A DNA stretch of 64,000 nucleotides, taken from the NCBI GenBank assembly GCA_019058445.1, contig JAHPZA010000006.1:672001-736000 (forward strand). Direction: 5' to 3'. The notes under the pieces are model-generated. The model saw only the letters and a list, made by a program, of their open reading frames with translations. It ran no database searches and was not told the origin of the DNA. Positions 31,046-41,752 of this stretch are shown here, piece after piece (position 1 is the stretch's first letter; each line of letters begins with the position of its first letter). This stretch comes from Promethearchaeota archaeon (GTDB taxonomy: Archaea; Asgardarchaeota; Lokiarchaeia; Sigyniarchaeales; SOKP01). Made by a program: the position numbers and the translations under genes.

Positions 31046-31849
31046 GTGGCAGGCATTAAGGAAGAATGGTATAAAATTACGAAACTTAAGGATTATTTAT
31101 ATGTTTTACAAGAAAATATCTCCATTGTCCATCCCGTTTATACTAACGATCCTTTAAATCTCTACTTGATTTTAGGAGATCATACTGCTATTTTAATAGA
31201 TACAGGATGTGGATTATCTCCTTTAAAGCCATTAGTTGAGAAATTAATCAGAGGAAGAGATTTGTTGATTTTTAACTCCCACACGCACTGGGATCACGTT
31301 TTTGGTAATGGACAATTCGAAGAAGTATATGTGCATGAAAATGAAGCATTTATGGTTTCTAGACCTTACGACCTTTCATTCTCAAAAGAAATCTTCGGGA
31401 AATGCTATGCGAGTAGAAATTTTCTCATACCTCCCGCTAAAACTATCAAAACCCTAAAGGATGGAGATTCCTTTGATTTAGGAAAGATAAAAGTTAAAGT
31501 TATACATGCACCAGGACATTCTCCGGGTTCAATTTGCTTACTAACAACTACAGGAGAACTTTTTATTGGAGATGTTTCTTATTATGGAGATATATTCTTA
31601 CCCCGTAGAAGGTCCTTTCCTATAGTTCTCGAAAGCATTTCAAAGCTAATAAGATTATGCGAAATCAATGATAAAATTGAATTATATCCCTCCCATAAAA
31701 AAATACCTTGTGATAATACTCTTTTACTAGATCTTTATAATGGGATTAAAAATATTGAAAATTTATGGGAAAACCGGAAAGAACATAATTTTTTTAATGC
31801 GTGGGTAATTGATGATGAGAAATTCAGGTATTATATTTCACGCTATTAA
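31046..31849 (+). CDS. Metallo-beta-lactamase fold hydrolase
   Basis: IDTG, HTHWDH, PGHSPGS, GD, PSH. Confidence 0.93.
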   Translation: MAGIKEEWYKITKLKDYLYVLQENISIVHPVYTNDPLNLYLILGDHTAILIDTGCGLSPLKPLVEKLIRGRDLLIFNSHTHWDHVFGNGQFEEVYVHENEAFMVSRPYDLSFSKEIFGKCYASRNFLIPPAKTIKTLKDGDSFDLGKIKVKVIHAPGHSPGSICLLTTTGELFIGDVSYYGDIFLPRRRSFPIVLESISKLIRLCEINDKIELYPSHKKIPCDNTLLLDLYNGIKNIENLWENRKEHNFFNAWVIDDEKFRYYISRY

Positions 31850-32204
31850 TCGTAAAAATGTTTTACTAACTCTAGATTTTTAAAAATATTTGAAATTTCA
31901 TAATAATGAACTTTTTTCAATTGAAAAAAAGTTAGTTTTTTAACAACGAATTATTGAACAAGTATTTTAAAAAAAAACTCTTTTAAAGGTTTTAATGAAC
32001 GTATATTCTTAGATTTTAATAGATCATTATCTCTCCTCTTTAGAATGAATTGTGAAACATTCAAGAAGAAAAAATAGGAAATATTGAGAAAATTAAAACC
32101 TCCTTCTCTTTAATATAATTTTGGTATTTTATCATCTAGAAGTTATATAAGATATCGTGGAATTTTTAAGGGATTTTTCTGATGAAAGGGAGAGGAATTA
32201 CTAA

Positions 32205-34280
32205 ATGAATCAAGATTTTGATGAATATAATGAAAAAGAAATAGAAGAAAAGGAATCAGACACTAATTTAGATTATGAAAGCGAGCTTGATTCAGAAAAT
32301 GATAAGGAATTTAATCCGAAATATGAAGATGAAATGCTTAGTAAACATGAACTAGATCTAGAAAATGAGCTTGAACAAGATTTTGAATTTAAACATGAAC
32401 ATATTATGGAGAAGGAAGATGAAAATGAAGAGCAAAAAGACAGAAAAATTACATATAATGACTACACATATGAACCTAAACAAGAAAAACCGAGAAGTAA
32501 AGAAGAAGGATTAGAAAAAGAAAGAGATACGAGAAATAAGGATAAGGATTATGAAGAAGTGAAAAACGAATTGGAAAAATATGTGAATAATCTACTTGAA
32601 TTAGAAAGTAAGCTTAATAATAAAGAAGAAGAAATAGCAGTAGGAAGATATCGAGAATTTAATGTTAACAATGAAAATATCGAAAGGATTAATGAAAAAA
32701 AGGGGAATGAAATATATAAACCTGATTATGATAAATATAATCCACATTACAAGTATTGGACAAGATTTGATGAGCATTTAGTGGATTTAATTGAGGAAAA
32801 ATTAAAAGAAAAGGGTACCACTCAAAAAGAATTTAAAAGGAAAGTTGATGGGAAATTTCATAATTTTTCAATGCTTCGCATGGGAACACGAATCGATCAA
32901 AAAGTATTTGAAAATGTAAAAACGTGCCTTATAAATGATTTTGGAATTTCTGAAAAAGAGATAATGGATCATTCTATCATGAGTGTTGGAAAAAGTTCTG
33001 AACCTCTCATTAGATTAAATCCCGTAAAAAATTCAGATCTCGTTGGAATAATGGTTGGTGATGGATCTCTATCTGAGTATAGTGCTAGAAGCTATGAGAC
33101 ATCAATTACCTTAAATAAAGAAGATGACCGTGCTTATTTCTATCATGTAAAAAAAAAAGTAAATGAAATATTTGGACCAGATGCTTTTAAGGAAAATGAT
33201 GATGAGAGGAATAAGGCAGTTAGATTAAGATGCTCTAGAGCTGAAGTTCACGAAGCATTAACACACATAGGTTTAAAACCAGGAAATAAAATTGAAAATG
33301 ATCTACATATTCCTCCGGAAATTCTTAACAGTAATGATGAACAAGCTCAAATAGATTGCTTGAGAGAGATGACCGATACTGATGGATCTATAGCGTTGAA
33401 TAGGAAAAAGAGTAGTTTTGGAATACATTTTGGTCTTGGAGCACCTAATTTGGCAAAAGATTTTCAAGCTTTATGTACGAAATTTGGAATAATGTCTGAC
33501 TATTCTGAATATGAAAAATCTAATAATAAAAAAGGAGTTGGTGTTCATATACAAAATAGAGAACAGATCAAGAAATTTATTGACACTATAAAGCCACGAA
33601 ATTTTTTCGAACCCTATCGTAGGAAATATTTAGGAGTGAGTATGATTCATTTGAATCTTCCAGATGAGCTTAAAGATTCCATACAAAATGATATTGATCA
33701 AAGACATAAATTATCGCATCAACATTATACAAAAAAATTTACTCTAGATCTGAAAAAGACATGTGAAAAACACATTCAGAAATATAATGAGAAACAAAAG
33801 AAAGAGGGAAGGGAAGGAATTAAAGAGATATTTGGTCATCCTTTTAAGCGTAAAATTAAACGACAAATGATAGAAAAGGGGATTGAAAGTAATTTCGTTA
33901 GAAGAAAGATGAGTTTTAGAACTGATAAAAATTATCAACAAGAAATACATTCGATGGAAAAAGACTTTAAATTAAAAATTATTGATTCTATCTTTGATGA
34001 ATTCATGAATGAGAAGACCAAATTTTCAAAAGAGAAAGATTTTCTTGATTCAATAAAGAAAAAATATGATTCCGATCTTTGGATATATGACATGAATGAA
34101 AGGAAAAAGCTGGCCATTGAGAATTATGTATCAAAACTAATAAGAGGTGTAAAACACGTAGTTGATTTACCTCCTGAAATTTCAAATAATCTTTCTGGAT
34201 ACAAGATAAAGGAAAAATCTGGAGGTAGACGCAATGGAAATGATATAGTTGAAATATGGAAACGTCGCGTCGGTAATTAA
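32205..34280 (+). CDS. Free-standing double-motif LAGLIDADG endonuclease-like protein with acidic N-terminus
   Basis: LVGIMVGDGSL and CLREMTDTDGSI; E/D/K-rich low-complexity N-terminal region. Confidence 0.8.
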   Translation: MNQDFDEYNEKEIEEKESDTNLDYESELDSENDKEFNPKYEDEMLSKHELDLENELEQDFEFKHEHIMEKEDENEEQKDRKITYNDYTYEPKQEKPRSKEEGLEKERDTRNKDKDYEEVKNELEKYVNNLLELESKLNNKEEEIAVGRYREFNVNNENIERINEKKGNEIYKPDYDKYNPHYKYWTRFDEHLVDLIEEKLKEKGTTQKEFKRKVDGKFHNFSMLRMGTRIDQKVFENVKTCLINDFGISEKEIMDHSIMSVGKSSEPLIRLNPVKNSDLVGIMVGDGSLSEYSARSYETSITLNKEDDRAYFYHVKKKVNEIFGPDAFKENDDERNKAVRLRCSRAEVHEALTHIGLKPGNKIENDLHIPPEILNSNDEQAQIDCLREMTDTDGSIALNRKKSSFGIHFGLGAPNLAKDFQALCTKFGIMSDYSEYEKSNNKKGVGVHIQNREQIKKFIDTIKPRNFFEPYRRKYLGVSMIHLNLPDELKDSIQNDIDQRHKLSHQHYTKKFTLDLKKTCEKHIQKYNEKQKKEGREGIKEIFGHPFKRKIKRQMIEKGIESNFVRRKMSFRTDKNYQQEIHSMEKDFKLKIIDSIFDEFMNEKTKFSKEKDFLDSIKKKYDSDLWIYDMNERKKLAIENYVSKLIRGVKHVVDLPPEISNNLSGYKIKEKSGGRRNGNDIVEIWKRRVGN

Positions 34281-34289
34281 GATTAAATT

Positions 34290-34501
34290 GATTCTATTTC
34301 TAAATTGATACATATTTGTGATGAAAATGAACAGCTTGAACTCTACCCATCTCATAGACAAACACCTTGCGACAAAAGCCTTTTGATTGATCTTTATAAT
34401 GGAGTCAAAATATTGAAAATCTTTGGAATACAAAACAAAAAAATGAGGTTTTTAATGCATATTACGTTGAGGATCAAAAATTTCGATATTATATTATGTA
34501 A
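34290..34501 (+). pseudogene. Frameshifted 3' remnant of an MBL-hydrolase paralogue
   Basis: DSISKLIHICDENEQLELYPSHRQTPCDKSLLIDLYNGVK/NIENLW...FNAYYVEDQKFRYYIM* matches the C-terminus of 31046-31849. Confidence 0.85.
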
Positions 34502-34879
34502 TATCTTTAATTTTCTACTTTTATATTTAAAATAATTATAAGAACTACTTTTAGTAAATTTATTGTATTAGTTATTTTTCCTAAATATTCTTTAAATATT
34601 TTATTAAGAAAAGAAGCAGAACGATTAACACAAGAATTGAATTTATTTAAGAAAAATTAATTTAACAGATTTTAATTATTATTTTAATTGTTTTTTTAAA
34701 AAAAGAGAATTATAAAAAATTATTCTTATTTTTTTACCTTTCCTGAGTTTTGTAGAAATAATCCCTCTCTCACAACCAAAAAGGCACTGGAATTATAGAA
34801 AGACCCCGTTCTTTCTCTATACTGTACGAACTGCTTTTCCAATCGACCAGAAAAGCCATTTAAAGTGAAAAGAAGGATT

Positions 34880-35908
34880 TTATACTCTTTTAGGTTTTAA
34901 CCAATTATCCAAGGATTTATTTTTCTTTTGAGCGATATCCCAGAAATTTTTTACCAAGACATCATCTAAATTTTTAAATCTAAAATTCCGATAATATTCA
35001 ATCATGTCTAACCATTTAGCTTCCTTATCCTCTCTACAACAAAACAGCAATGAATAATAGAAATTTTTATCATTGTAAATTTTTAATCTTTCAATCCTGC
35101 CGAATCCAATTTTTTTCAATTGGTTCATATAAATATCACATAAATCTTTTTTTTTTGTAAGGGGATCTATTTCTATTCCAAAAAATCTTCTAACTTTCGC
35201 AGGAGATCTTTTCAGACATCGAACAACATTATCTTGAAAAGTGATTATCATATCTCCGTATTCATGGATCTTAATAATTGATTGAATAGTGGAAAAATCA
35301 ATATCCATTCCTTCATTATCTATAACCATAAGATAATTTGAGATCTTATAATTCTCCTTAATGCGTCGTATAACGTCAATAACCCAATAATTAGAGTCGA
35401 TTACTTTTTGCGTAGTATCAATTTTAAAATTAATTGGTTCAGAATTTGAATTACTTATAGCTTCAAATCTCTTTTGTAGCACTTTTCTTCTTTCCAATGA
35501 CCAATCGTTCATAAAAAAACCTTTAAAACCTCTTTTTTTCCTTTTTGATATTAATGCGGCGTTTATAGAAGTACCCGGAAATAGAAATTCATCTCGTCCT
35601 TGATTTTTCGTAATTCGGTTCATCCCATAACTACTGAGAAGTCCTATATAAAAAGTTTCTATAAATTTATACTTCCCTAAGATTGTTAAATATTCTGAAA
35701 TATAACTTTTAATCACAATTTGTTTTATAGGCATCCACCACCCAGAACCATCGAGACGTGTATAATATTGATTTTTATTAAGCCAAGGAAATTTTGGTAA
35801 ATTTTTGAGATAATTAGTATCATCTACAAGAGATTGAATATTCCCTAGGTGGAAATCAAAATCATTTTTTTTATTTTTTTTATTCTTATATGATTCACTA
35901 GCAGCCAT
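34880..35908 (-). CDS. Three-Cys-motif partner protein (TcmP-like, methyltransferase fold)
   Basis: W.PIKQ.VIKSYI, FYIGLLSSYG, PGTSINA, LMVIDNEG, YSLLF; adjacent to a DUF5131-like gene. Confidence 0.7.
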   Translation of the reverse strand: MAASESYKNKKNKKNDFDFHLGNIQSLVDDTNYLKNLPKFPWLNKNQYYTRLDGSGWWMPIKQIVIKSYISEYLTILGKYKFIETFYIGLLSSYGMNRITKNQGRDEFLFPGTSINAALISKRKKRGFKGFFMNDWSLERRKVLQKRFEAISNSNSEPINFKIDTTQKVIDSNYWVIDVIRRIKENYKISNYLMVIDNEGMDIDFSTIQSIIKIHEYGDMIITFQDNVVRCLKRSPAKVRRFFGIEIDPLTKKKDLCDIYMNQLKKIGFGRIERLKIYNDKNFYYSLLFCCREDKEAKWLDMIEYYRNFRFKNLDDVLVKNFWDIAQKKNKSLDNWLKPKRV

Positions 35909-36186
35909 ATTGATCTACACAATTTTCTTAATTAATTGATATGCAGCAGTCAATGTGTTAATATAAATTCTGTTATTAATCTGATGTTTATATAGATAAA
36001 ATGAATCCAGAAAGGAAACAGATATTTTTGTCGGGAAGAGCTCAAATAATAGCCCAAATAATATTCCGACAAATATACTCTATATACTAATAAAGATATA
36101 ATTTGAATTGGTTTATATAATAGTTGGGAGTGATAGTTTTTTAATAATATATTAGTGTCTAAAATTCATTAATGATTCAGAATGTA

Positions 36187-36951
36187 TTAACTTAAAAGAA
36201 AGTTAAAGATACTATCTTTAATTCTGAGAATATCCTTATTATAATTACTGGATTTTTTTACAATTTTTATAAGATTTTCTTTAGCTACAATCATTTTAAT
36301 TCTATTATAAAATTTTTTTTCATAAGGTGTCAAGTTAGCGACCCTTATATAATTCATTTTACCAATCCAAATAGACTCCGTTACAAAAGGTCTTAATTTT
36401 TCCACTAAAATATAGGGATCTGAATCCAGAAAAGGTTCAATAGATATACTGGTCTTATACTCATTGTCATATGCATATTTCAATGAATCTAGCCTCTCTT
36501 CAAGTGAAGGAGCTCCAGGTTCCCAAAAGTCAAGATTTTCTTTATTTATTGAGGTTATGGTAAAACGAAATTGGATCGAATCTTTGTTGTCCTTAAATCG
36601 CTCACAAATCTTCTTAACACAATATAGATTTGGTTTTGTAGTGATTAATACTTCATTTTCCGCTTTAAGTAATTTCTGCAATACAATTATGCTGTTTTCT
36701 AAGCTCTCAAGAGTAATATCATGGGATGTAGGGAACATAACTCGACCTGTTCTTTTGTTGTAATTCTTAAAAATTGCTTTTTGATTCGGAACCATAATTT
36801 TCCAATTTTCTTTGGTTTTTCGACCAAATCGAATGGCCATTTTTTTAGCATAACAATAACGACAATTATTACTACACCCATAATAACAATTAACGTTGCT
36901 ATCTGCCCATTCTTTAGTACCTATAGTGATCTTTTGTATTTTACTTTTCAT
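36187..36951 (-). CDS. Radical SAM-like protein (DUF5131/Gp37Gp68 or SPL-like)
   Basis: EWADSNVN...GCSNNCRYCYA; LITTK; SIEPFL; WIG. Confidence 0.85.
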   Translation of the reverse strand: MKSKIQKITIGTKEWADSNVNCYYGCSNNCRYCYAKKMAIRFGRKTKENWKIMVPNQKAIFKNYNKRTGRVMFPTSHDITLESLENSIIVLQKLLKAENEVLITTKPNLYCVKKICERFKDNKDSIQFRFTITSINKENLDFWEPGAPSLEERLDSLKYAYDNEYKTSISIEPFLDSDPYILVEKLRPFVTESIWIGKMNYIRVANLTPYEKKFYNRIKMIVAKENLIKIVKKSSNYNKDILRIKDSIFNFLLS

Positions 36952-37511
36952 TATTTTGTACCTTTATTCAATCTATATAAAGAAAAACATTAAATAATTT
37001 TATGGACTCAACTTATTTTCTAAAAAAAAGAAATTACAAATTTAGTTAAAGTAAAGTGTTATTGAGAAGATAAAATCATATCGTAAAAGTGAAGTATATT
37101 ATCAAGAATTAAGAGGTTAGATGCAATTGATAAGATAAGGAGTAATCTTCTTGATTCCTATAATGAGTAAGAGTTTAAGTAAGGTTTAATAACAAAAGCT
37201 TATAAAGGGTTATGGTCTTATTTTGTTTGATGGTGGAAGAATCGAACTATGGTGCTTCTTACAAGCATTCATTCTTTTTTTTTTTTATAAAATGAGAGGT
37301 ATTCTTGAAAAACTATAGAAATATTATTTTAATTTATTCATTTTTTCTATTTCATCAAATATTTTAATGAAATTTTTTATATCTTTTAATTAAATTATAT
37401 AAATTATATATATGGTTAATAAAATTCATCAAATTAATATATTCAGATGCATTATATTTAGATAATGAAATATAACATAAATATTAAAAATACGCTATTA
37501 AAAATTATAAA

Positions 37512-37700
37512 ATGCAGGTGAAAACATTGGATGAAAAGAGACGTGAAAAATTAATGAGACGTGCTTGTGAGATAAGTCAAGAAATAAATAAACAATTTGA
37601 TGCAAGTCCGAATGGTGTTATTGGAAGTTTATCTGGAAGTAATACTGCTAAATTAATTAACGAATTAGCTCGCATTAATAAAAAACTTGGTCTAAAATAA
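37512..37700 (+). CDS. Small basic hypothetical protein
   Basis: ORF track, 62 aa. Confidence 0.5.
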   Translation: MQVKTLDEKRREKLMRRACEISQEINKQFDASPNGVIGSLSGSNTAKLINELARINKKLGLK

Positions 37701-37761
37701 GGTAAAATCTAATTACTAACATAGATAAGACTCTTTTTTTGAAAAATGAAAAGGAAGGAGA

Positions 37762-37814
37762 TTTTTAATGCATATTATGTTGAAGATGAAAAATTCCGGT
37801 ATTATGTTTTATAA
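37762..37814 (+). repeat. Third copy of the MBL gene 3' end
   Basis: TTTTTAATGCATATTA... encodes FNAYYVEDEKFRYYVL*; close to 34449-34501. Confidence 0.8.
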
Positions 37815-38006
37815 TTAATCTCAATGAAAAACTTGTAGTTATGTGATAAAATAATGATTAATGTCTCGTAACTTTTTTTAACTAAACTTTTATTTTTTAT
37901 AGTTTTAGGATTTAGAATTCCTAATTATTAATTTCATATTATAGTGGAGTTTTAAAACGATTTTAATATAATAAGAACATTCCTATATATAGACAAATAT
38001 TTTCAA

Positions 38007-39719
38007 GTGAAATCAAAAATGTCTCGAAATTCATATAAAAGTAAAACTCCAATTCGAAAACTAGAATTTTCAATAAATAATTTTAAATCTATCACTTCTG
38101 AAGTTTTTATGAAATTGAAACCTATCACAATTTATTGTGGAGTAAATAGTTCAGGCAAAAGCTCTATACTCCAAAGCCAGTTACTCATTTCTCAATCATA
38201 TTCTAGAGATAAACCCCGATACGTAATCGAAAAGAAACAAATTCCTCAAATTTTTATTTTTGAGGGTCATCATTGTCATCTTCAAGATTTTAGAAATATT
38301 GTTTTTGAGAATAATATAAATAATGAATTAATCTTTAAATGGAAGTTTAAGCGCAATGGTAGAATAATTCTTAATGAAATAAATTGTAGTTATATTAAGG
38401 ATGAAGACTATTTCACTAAAGGTTATCCTCTGGTCAAAAAAATTAAAACAGAGATAATAGAAGATGATAGATCAAAATTTGTCAATTTTTCATTAAATGA
38501 AAAACAGATACCTTATTACGATGTAAGTTTTACAAATTTAGAGCTTGATGCAAAAGAATTTTCTTCAAAACGAGTAAAAATTCCAAAGTTTTTAATAAAA
38601 GATAAAAAGGCATTTAATAGTTTTGTTGAATCAATATTTGATGAAATATATATAGTTGATGCTAAAAATAAAATAACCGAAATTAAAATAAAAAAAATAA
38701 AAGTTAGTTTTCAAAGTATATTTCCACAAAGTCTGGATATATATGAATACTTAAAAGAAAAATCTGATTTTAAAAAAAAGTTTGACGATTTATTAAATAT
38801 TGATGAGAAAAGAATTGGATCTATCAGGGAATTCTCTGTTGAGGATGTCAAGAGATTTATTGCTAGAGATATTTTTGATTTTTTTAGCTATTTTATAAAC
38901 CATACAATTGACGATTGTTATTATCCACTAAATAACTTTTATGAGAAAATAAAATATCTCGGGCCATTAAGGGAAGAACCAAAAAGATTTTATTCATTTA
39001 CCGATCTGGGACTTTTAGATCTAGGTTTAAAAGGTGAAAATACAACTCAAGTTTTAACAATTCAAAAAGATGTACAAATAGATTTTCTGAAATTACAGAA
39101 TTTAAACAATCAAATTGGGTTTTCAGACGTATCTAAAAAATCTCTACTAGATACATTGAATGAATGGTTGGAAATAATGAATTTACAACAAATACGACCA
39201 AAATTAGAGATGGAATTAATAACAAAAATACTAGTTGATTATTCTAAAAACCAACCTCCTGATTCACCGGTATCTATTCCTGATGTAGGCTTTGGACTAA
39301 GTCAGATATTACCAGTATTAGTTAAAACATTAATGATGCAAAAAGATGAAACACTAATATTAGAACAACCAGAAATTCACCTTCATCCAAGGATGCAAGG
39401 AGATCTTGCTGATTTTTTATTATGTAATGCCTATTTAGGTAAGAAATTTATTATAGAAACTCATAGTGAACATTTAATTAAAAGATTATGTCTTAGAATA
39501 GCCCAATTTAAAGATATTGATCTTTCAAAACTAATCAGCGTTTATTTCATTATTCCTAATCAAATTAATGGAGGATCAGATATAATTGATGTTAAGATTA
39601 ATGAATTTGGAAGAATTCTAAATTGGCCTAAAGGATTTTTTGATGAAAATGAAGATGGTAAATTACTAGAAGAAAGTTACAAAAAAAAACAATATAAAAA
39701 CCATACTAATAAAGAGTAA
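38007..39719 (+). CDS. ABC/AAA_21-type ATPase with DUF3696-like C-terminus
   Basis: NFKS, GVNSSGKS, VGFGLSQILP, ILEQPEIHLHP, ETHSEH, WPKGFFD. Confidence 0.9.
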   Translation: MKSKMSRNSYKSKTPIRKLEFSINNFKSITSEVFMKLKPITIYCGVNSSGKSSILQSQLLISQSYSRDKPRYVIEKKQIPQIFIFEGHHCHLQDFRNIVFENNINNELIFKWKFKRNGRIILNEINCSYIKDEDYFTKGYPLVKKIKTEIIEDDRSKFVNFSLNEKQIPYYDVSFTNLELDAKEFSSKRVKIPKFLIKDKKAFNSFVESIFDEIYIVDAKNKITEIKIKKIKVSFQSIFPQSLDIYEYLKEKSDFKKKFDDLLNIDEKRIGSIREFSVEDVKRFIARDIFDFFSYFINHTIDDCYYPLNNFYEKIKYLGPLREEPKRFYSFTDLGLLDLGLKGENTTQVLTIQKDVQIDFLKLQNLNNQIGFSDVSKKSLLDTLNEWLEIMNLQQIRPKLEMELITKILVDYSKNQPPDSPVSIPDVGFGLSQILPVLVKTLMMQKDETLILEQPEIHLHPRMQGDLADFLLCNAYLGKKFIIETHSEHLIKRLCLRIAQFKDIDLSKLISVYFIIPNQINGGSDIIDVKINEFGRILNWPKGFFDENEDGKLLEESYKKKQYKNHTNKE

Positions 39720-40699
39720 TGAAACCTGTAAATTATTTTTTAGATGCTGCTTTTCTTTCAACGAATAATGTTGATGAGTATAAAAAAGAAAAATTATTGC
39801 ATAAACTTGCGCAGTTTCATAACGAAATTATCAAAATTGAAGATAAATTTCTTTTTGAGGGAGCTAGGCAGAAGATAATAAACATTCCCATAAAAAATAA
39901 TTTTATTTGTAAATGTCTAATGCATCCGCCTAGCTTAGATGCTCAATTAACGAATTCTTTTTATAAAATATTTAATATTATTGAAGGAAAATATATGATC
40001 GAATGCAATATTGATTTTGAATGTGAACAAGAGCAGATTTATGAAAATAAATCAATTCCACCAGATATTGAAAAAGAGTTTAATGATTTTTTAGATGGAT
40101 GTATTAAGAGTAGAAATCCTTCTTGTATATGTGAAGATTTTTCACTTAATGTCCCAGTCTTCATAACCGAAAAAACAATTCTAAAAAATAATAAAAAATT
40201 TGTTCCCTTTAAAAATCCAAATGATTTAAAACGTAATTTTCCGATTTTAGCCTTTTATCCTTCTTTGGATGATGATGATAAAATAAAAGAAAAAAAAATA
40301 AAATTTCTTATTGAAATTCATTTGATAAAAAAGGGTATTAATATTGTAGATTTAATAGATTCTAAAGATGAAAATGAAGATATTGATGATCCCCTTAATT
40401 CCAAACTTCAAATTATGGATGAATTTTGGGAGAGTGATTTAATAGTCATAGATAATCAAAAATACAAAGAAAAATTAATCGAAACTATATCGGAATTAGT
40501 TGCAGATCCTATATCAATGAAAAATAGAATGCATAAATTAAACCATGAATTTGTTGAAATTAACGGAAAAAAAAAGAAATTAGATCAAGTAGATATATTT
40601 CAAGAATTTAGAATTGATGGATATGATATTTACCCAAGGTTATTATTTAGTATTATAAAGGGAAAAATATATTTTTATAAAATCATAAATCGTCATTGA
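39719..40699 (+). CDS. Hypothetical protein translationally coupled to the ATPase
   Basis: TAATG stop/start overlap at 39719. Confidence 0.7.
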   Translation: MKPVNYFLDAAFLSTNNVDEYKKEKLLHKLAQFHNEIIKIEDKFLFEGARQKIINIPIKNNFICKCLMHPPSLDAQLTNSFYKIFNIIEGKYMIECNIDFECEQEQIYENKSIPPDIEKEFNDFLDGCIKSRNPSCICEDFSLNVPVFITEKTILKNNKKFVPFKNPNDLKRNFPILAFYPSLDDDDKIKEKKIKFLIEIHLIKKGINIVDLIDSKDENEDIDDPLNSKLQIMDEFWESDLIVIDNQKYKEKLIETISELVADPISMKNRMHKLNHEFVEINGKKKKLDQVDIFQEFRIDGYDIYPRLLFSIIKGKIYFYKIINRH

Positions 40700-40888
40700 A
40701 TCTAAGATTTTTTAAAATTCTCTTTAATTGAGATATAATATATTTGAGATTTAGATTTTATGATTATAAAAAGCTATATTATGCTATTTTGTAATAAAAT
40801 TATGATTAATTTTTCATAAAATTTTTTTTGTAATTTTTATATTTCATAGTTTCGCGCACTCTAGACTTATTTTTTTAAATACGTAAGC

Positions 40889-40962
40889 TTTAAATAGGTA
40901 AATTCATATATAGTAAATAACAACTTTACTGTAAACGATTACTTTACAAAGTTCTGGTTTAC
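40889..40962 (+). promoter_or_regulatory. TATA box plus tandem GTAAA-N7-TTTAC palindromes upstream of grpE
   Basis: TTTAAATA 40889-40896; AGTAAA-N7-TTTACT 40912-40930; GTAAA-N7-TTTAC 40931-40947; AAA-N7-TTTAC 40948-40962. Confidence 0.55.
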
Positions 40963-41033
40963 ATAAACTTATAAGAGTAAAACAAAAAAACTATGAAAAT
41001 TGATATGATAAAAATAAAAGTAATGAGGGAGAT

Positions 41034-41729
41034 GTGAAAATTACCGTGATCGAAGATTATTTTGATGATTTTCTCAATGGTCGTGGTTTTAATCAGAGAT
41101 CAGATCGTGTAACCATCTCGAAAAAGGACTATCAAAAACTGATTGATATCACAGAACAATATGAATTACTTGCGGCTGAACACAAGAAAATCAAATCTCA
41201 AAATGATGCCTTACTCAAAGAACTTGATGATTTAAAAGATGATGGCCGAAAATTCAAAGAATTAGAAGAAGAGAAAGAAAAATATTTAAACTCGTTATTA
41301 AGAGCGAGGGCGGATCTTGAAAATTACAAGAAAGTATCAGACCGAGAAAATCAAAGATACAGAGATTATGTGATGAAAGATTTGCTACTCAAGTTAGTTA
41401 ATCATTATGATGACTTGAATAGAGCATTAGACCTATTAGAAGTAAGTGAAAATGTTGATTCAATCGTGAAAGGTTTTAAAATATTAGTAAAAAATTATGA
41501 AAAATTACTTTCCGATGAGGGGGTAAAACCTATGAACTGTGAGGGGGAAATTTTCGACCCTTACAAACATGAAGCTATGATGGTTGAGGAATCTAGTGAT
41601 GATAATCTCCCTGAAAATACAATTTTGGAAGAATTAGATAAAGGGTATTATTATAAAGATAAAGTGCTGAAACCAGCACGAGTAAAAATTTCAAAAAAAT
41701 CGAATTTAAAAAACGAAAATAAAAATTAG
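41034..41729 (+). CDS. grpE: Nucleotide exchange factor GrpE
   Basis: RARADLENYKK, FDPYKHEAM, KGY...KVLKPARVKI. Confidence 0.95.
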   Translation: MKITVIEDYFDDFLNGRGFNQRSDRVTISKKDYQKLIDITEQYELLAAEHKKIKSQNDALLKELDDLKDDGRKFKELEEEKEKYLNSLLRARADLENYKKVSDRENQRYRDYVMKDLLLKLVNHYDDLNRALDLLEVSENVDSIVKGFKILVKNYEKLLSDEGVKPMNCEGEIFDPYKHEAMMVEESSDDNLPENTILEELDKGYYYKDKVLKPARVKISKKSNLKNENKN

Positions 41730-41752
41730 AAATTAAATGGAAGTGAATAAAT

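Noticed and set aside
32205-34280. Intein interpretation of the LAGLIDADG ORF
   Set aside because: No Hint blocks or flanking extein recognisable
37225-37275. GTTCGATTC...CCACCA on the minus strand, resembling a tRNA 3' end or att site
   Set aside because: T-stem does not pair and there is no cloverleaf
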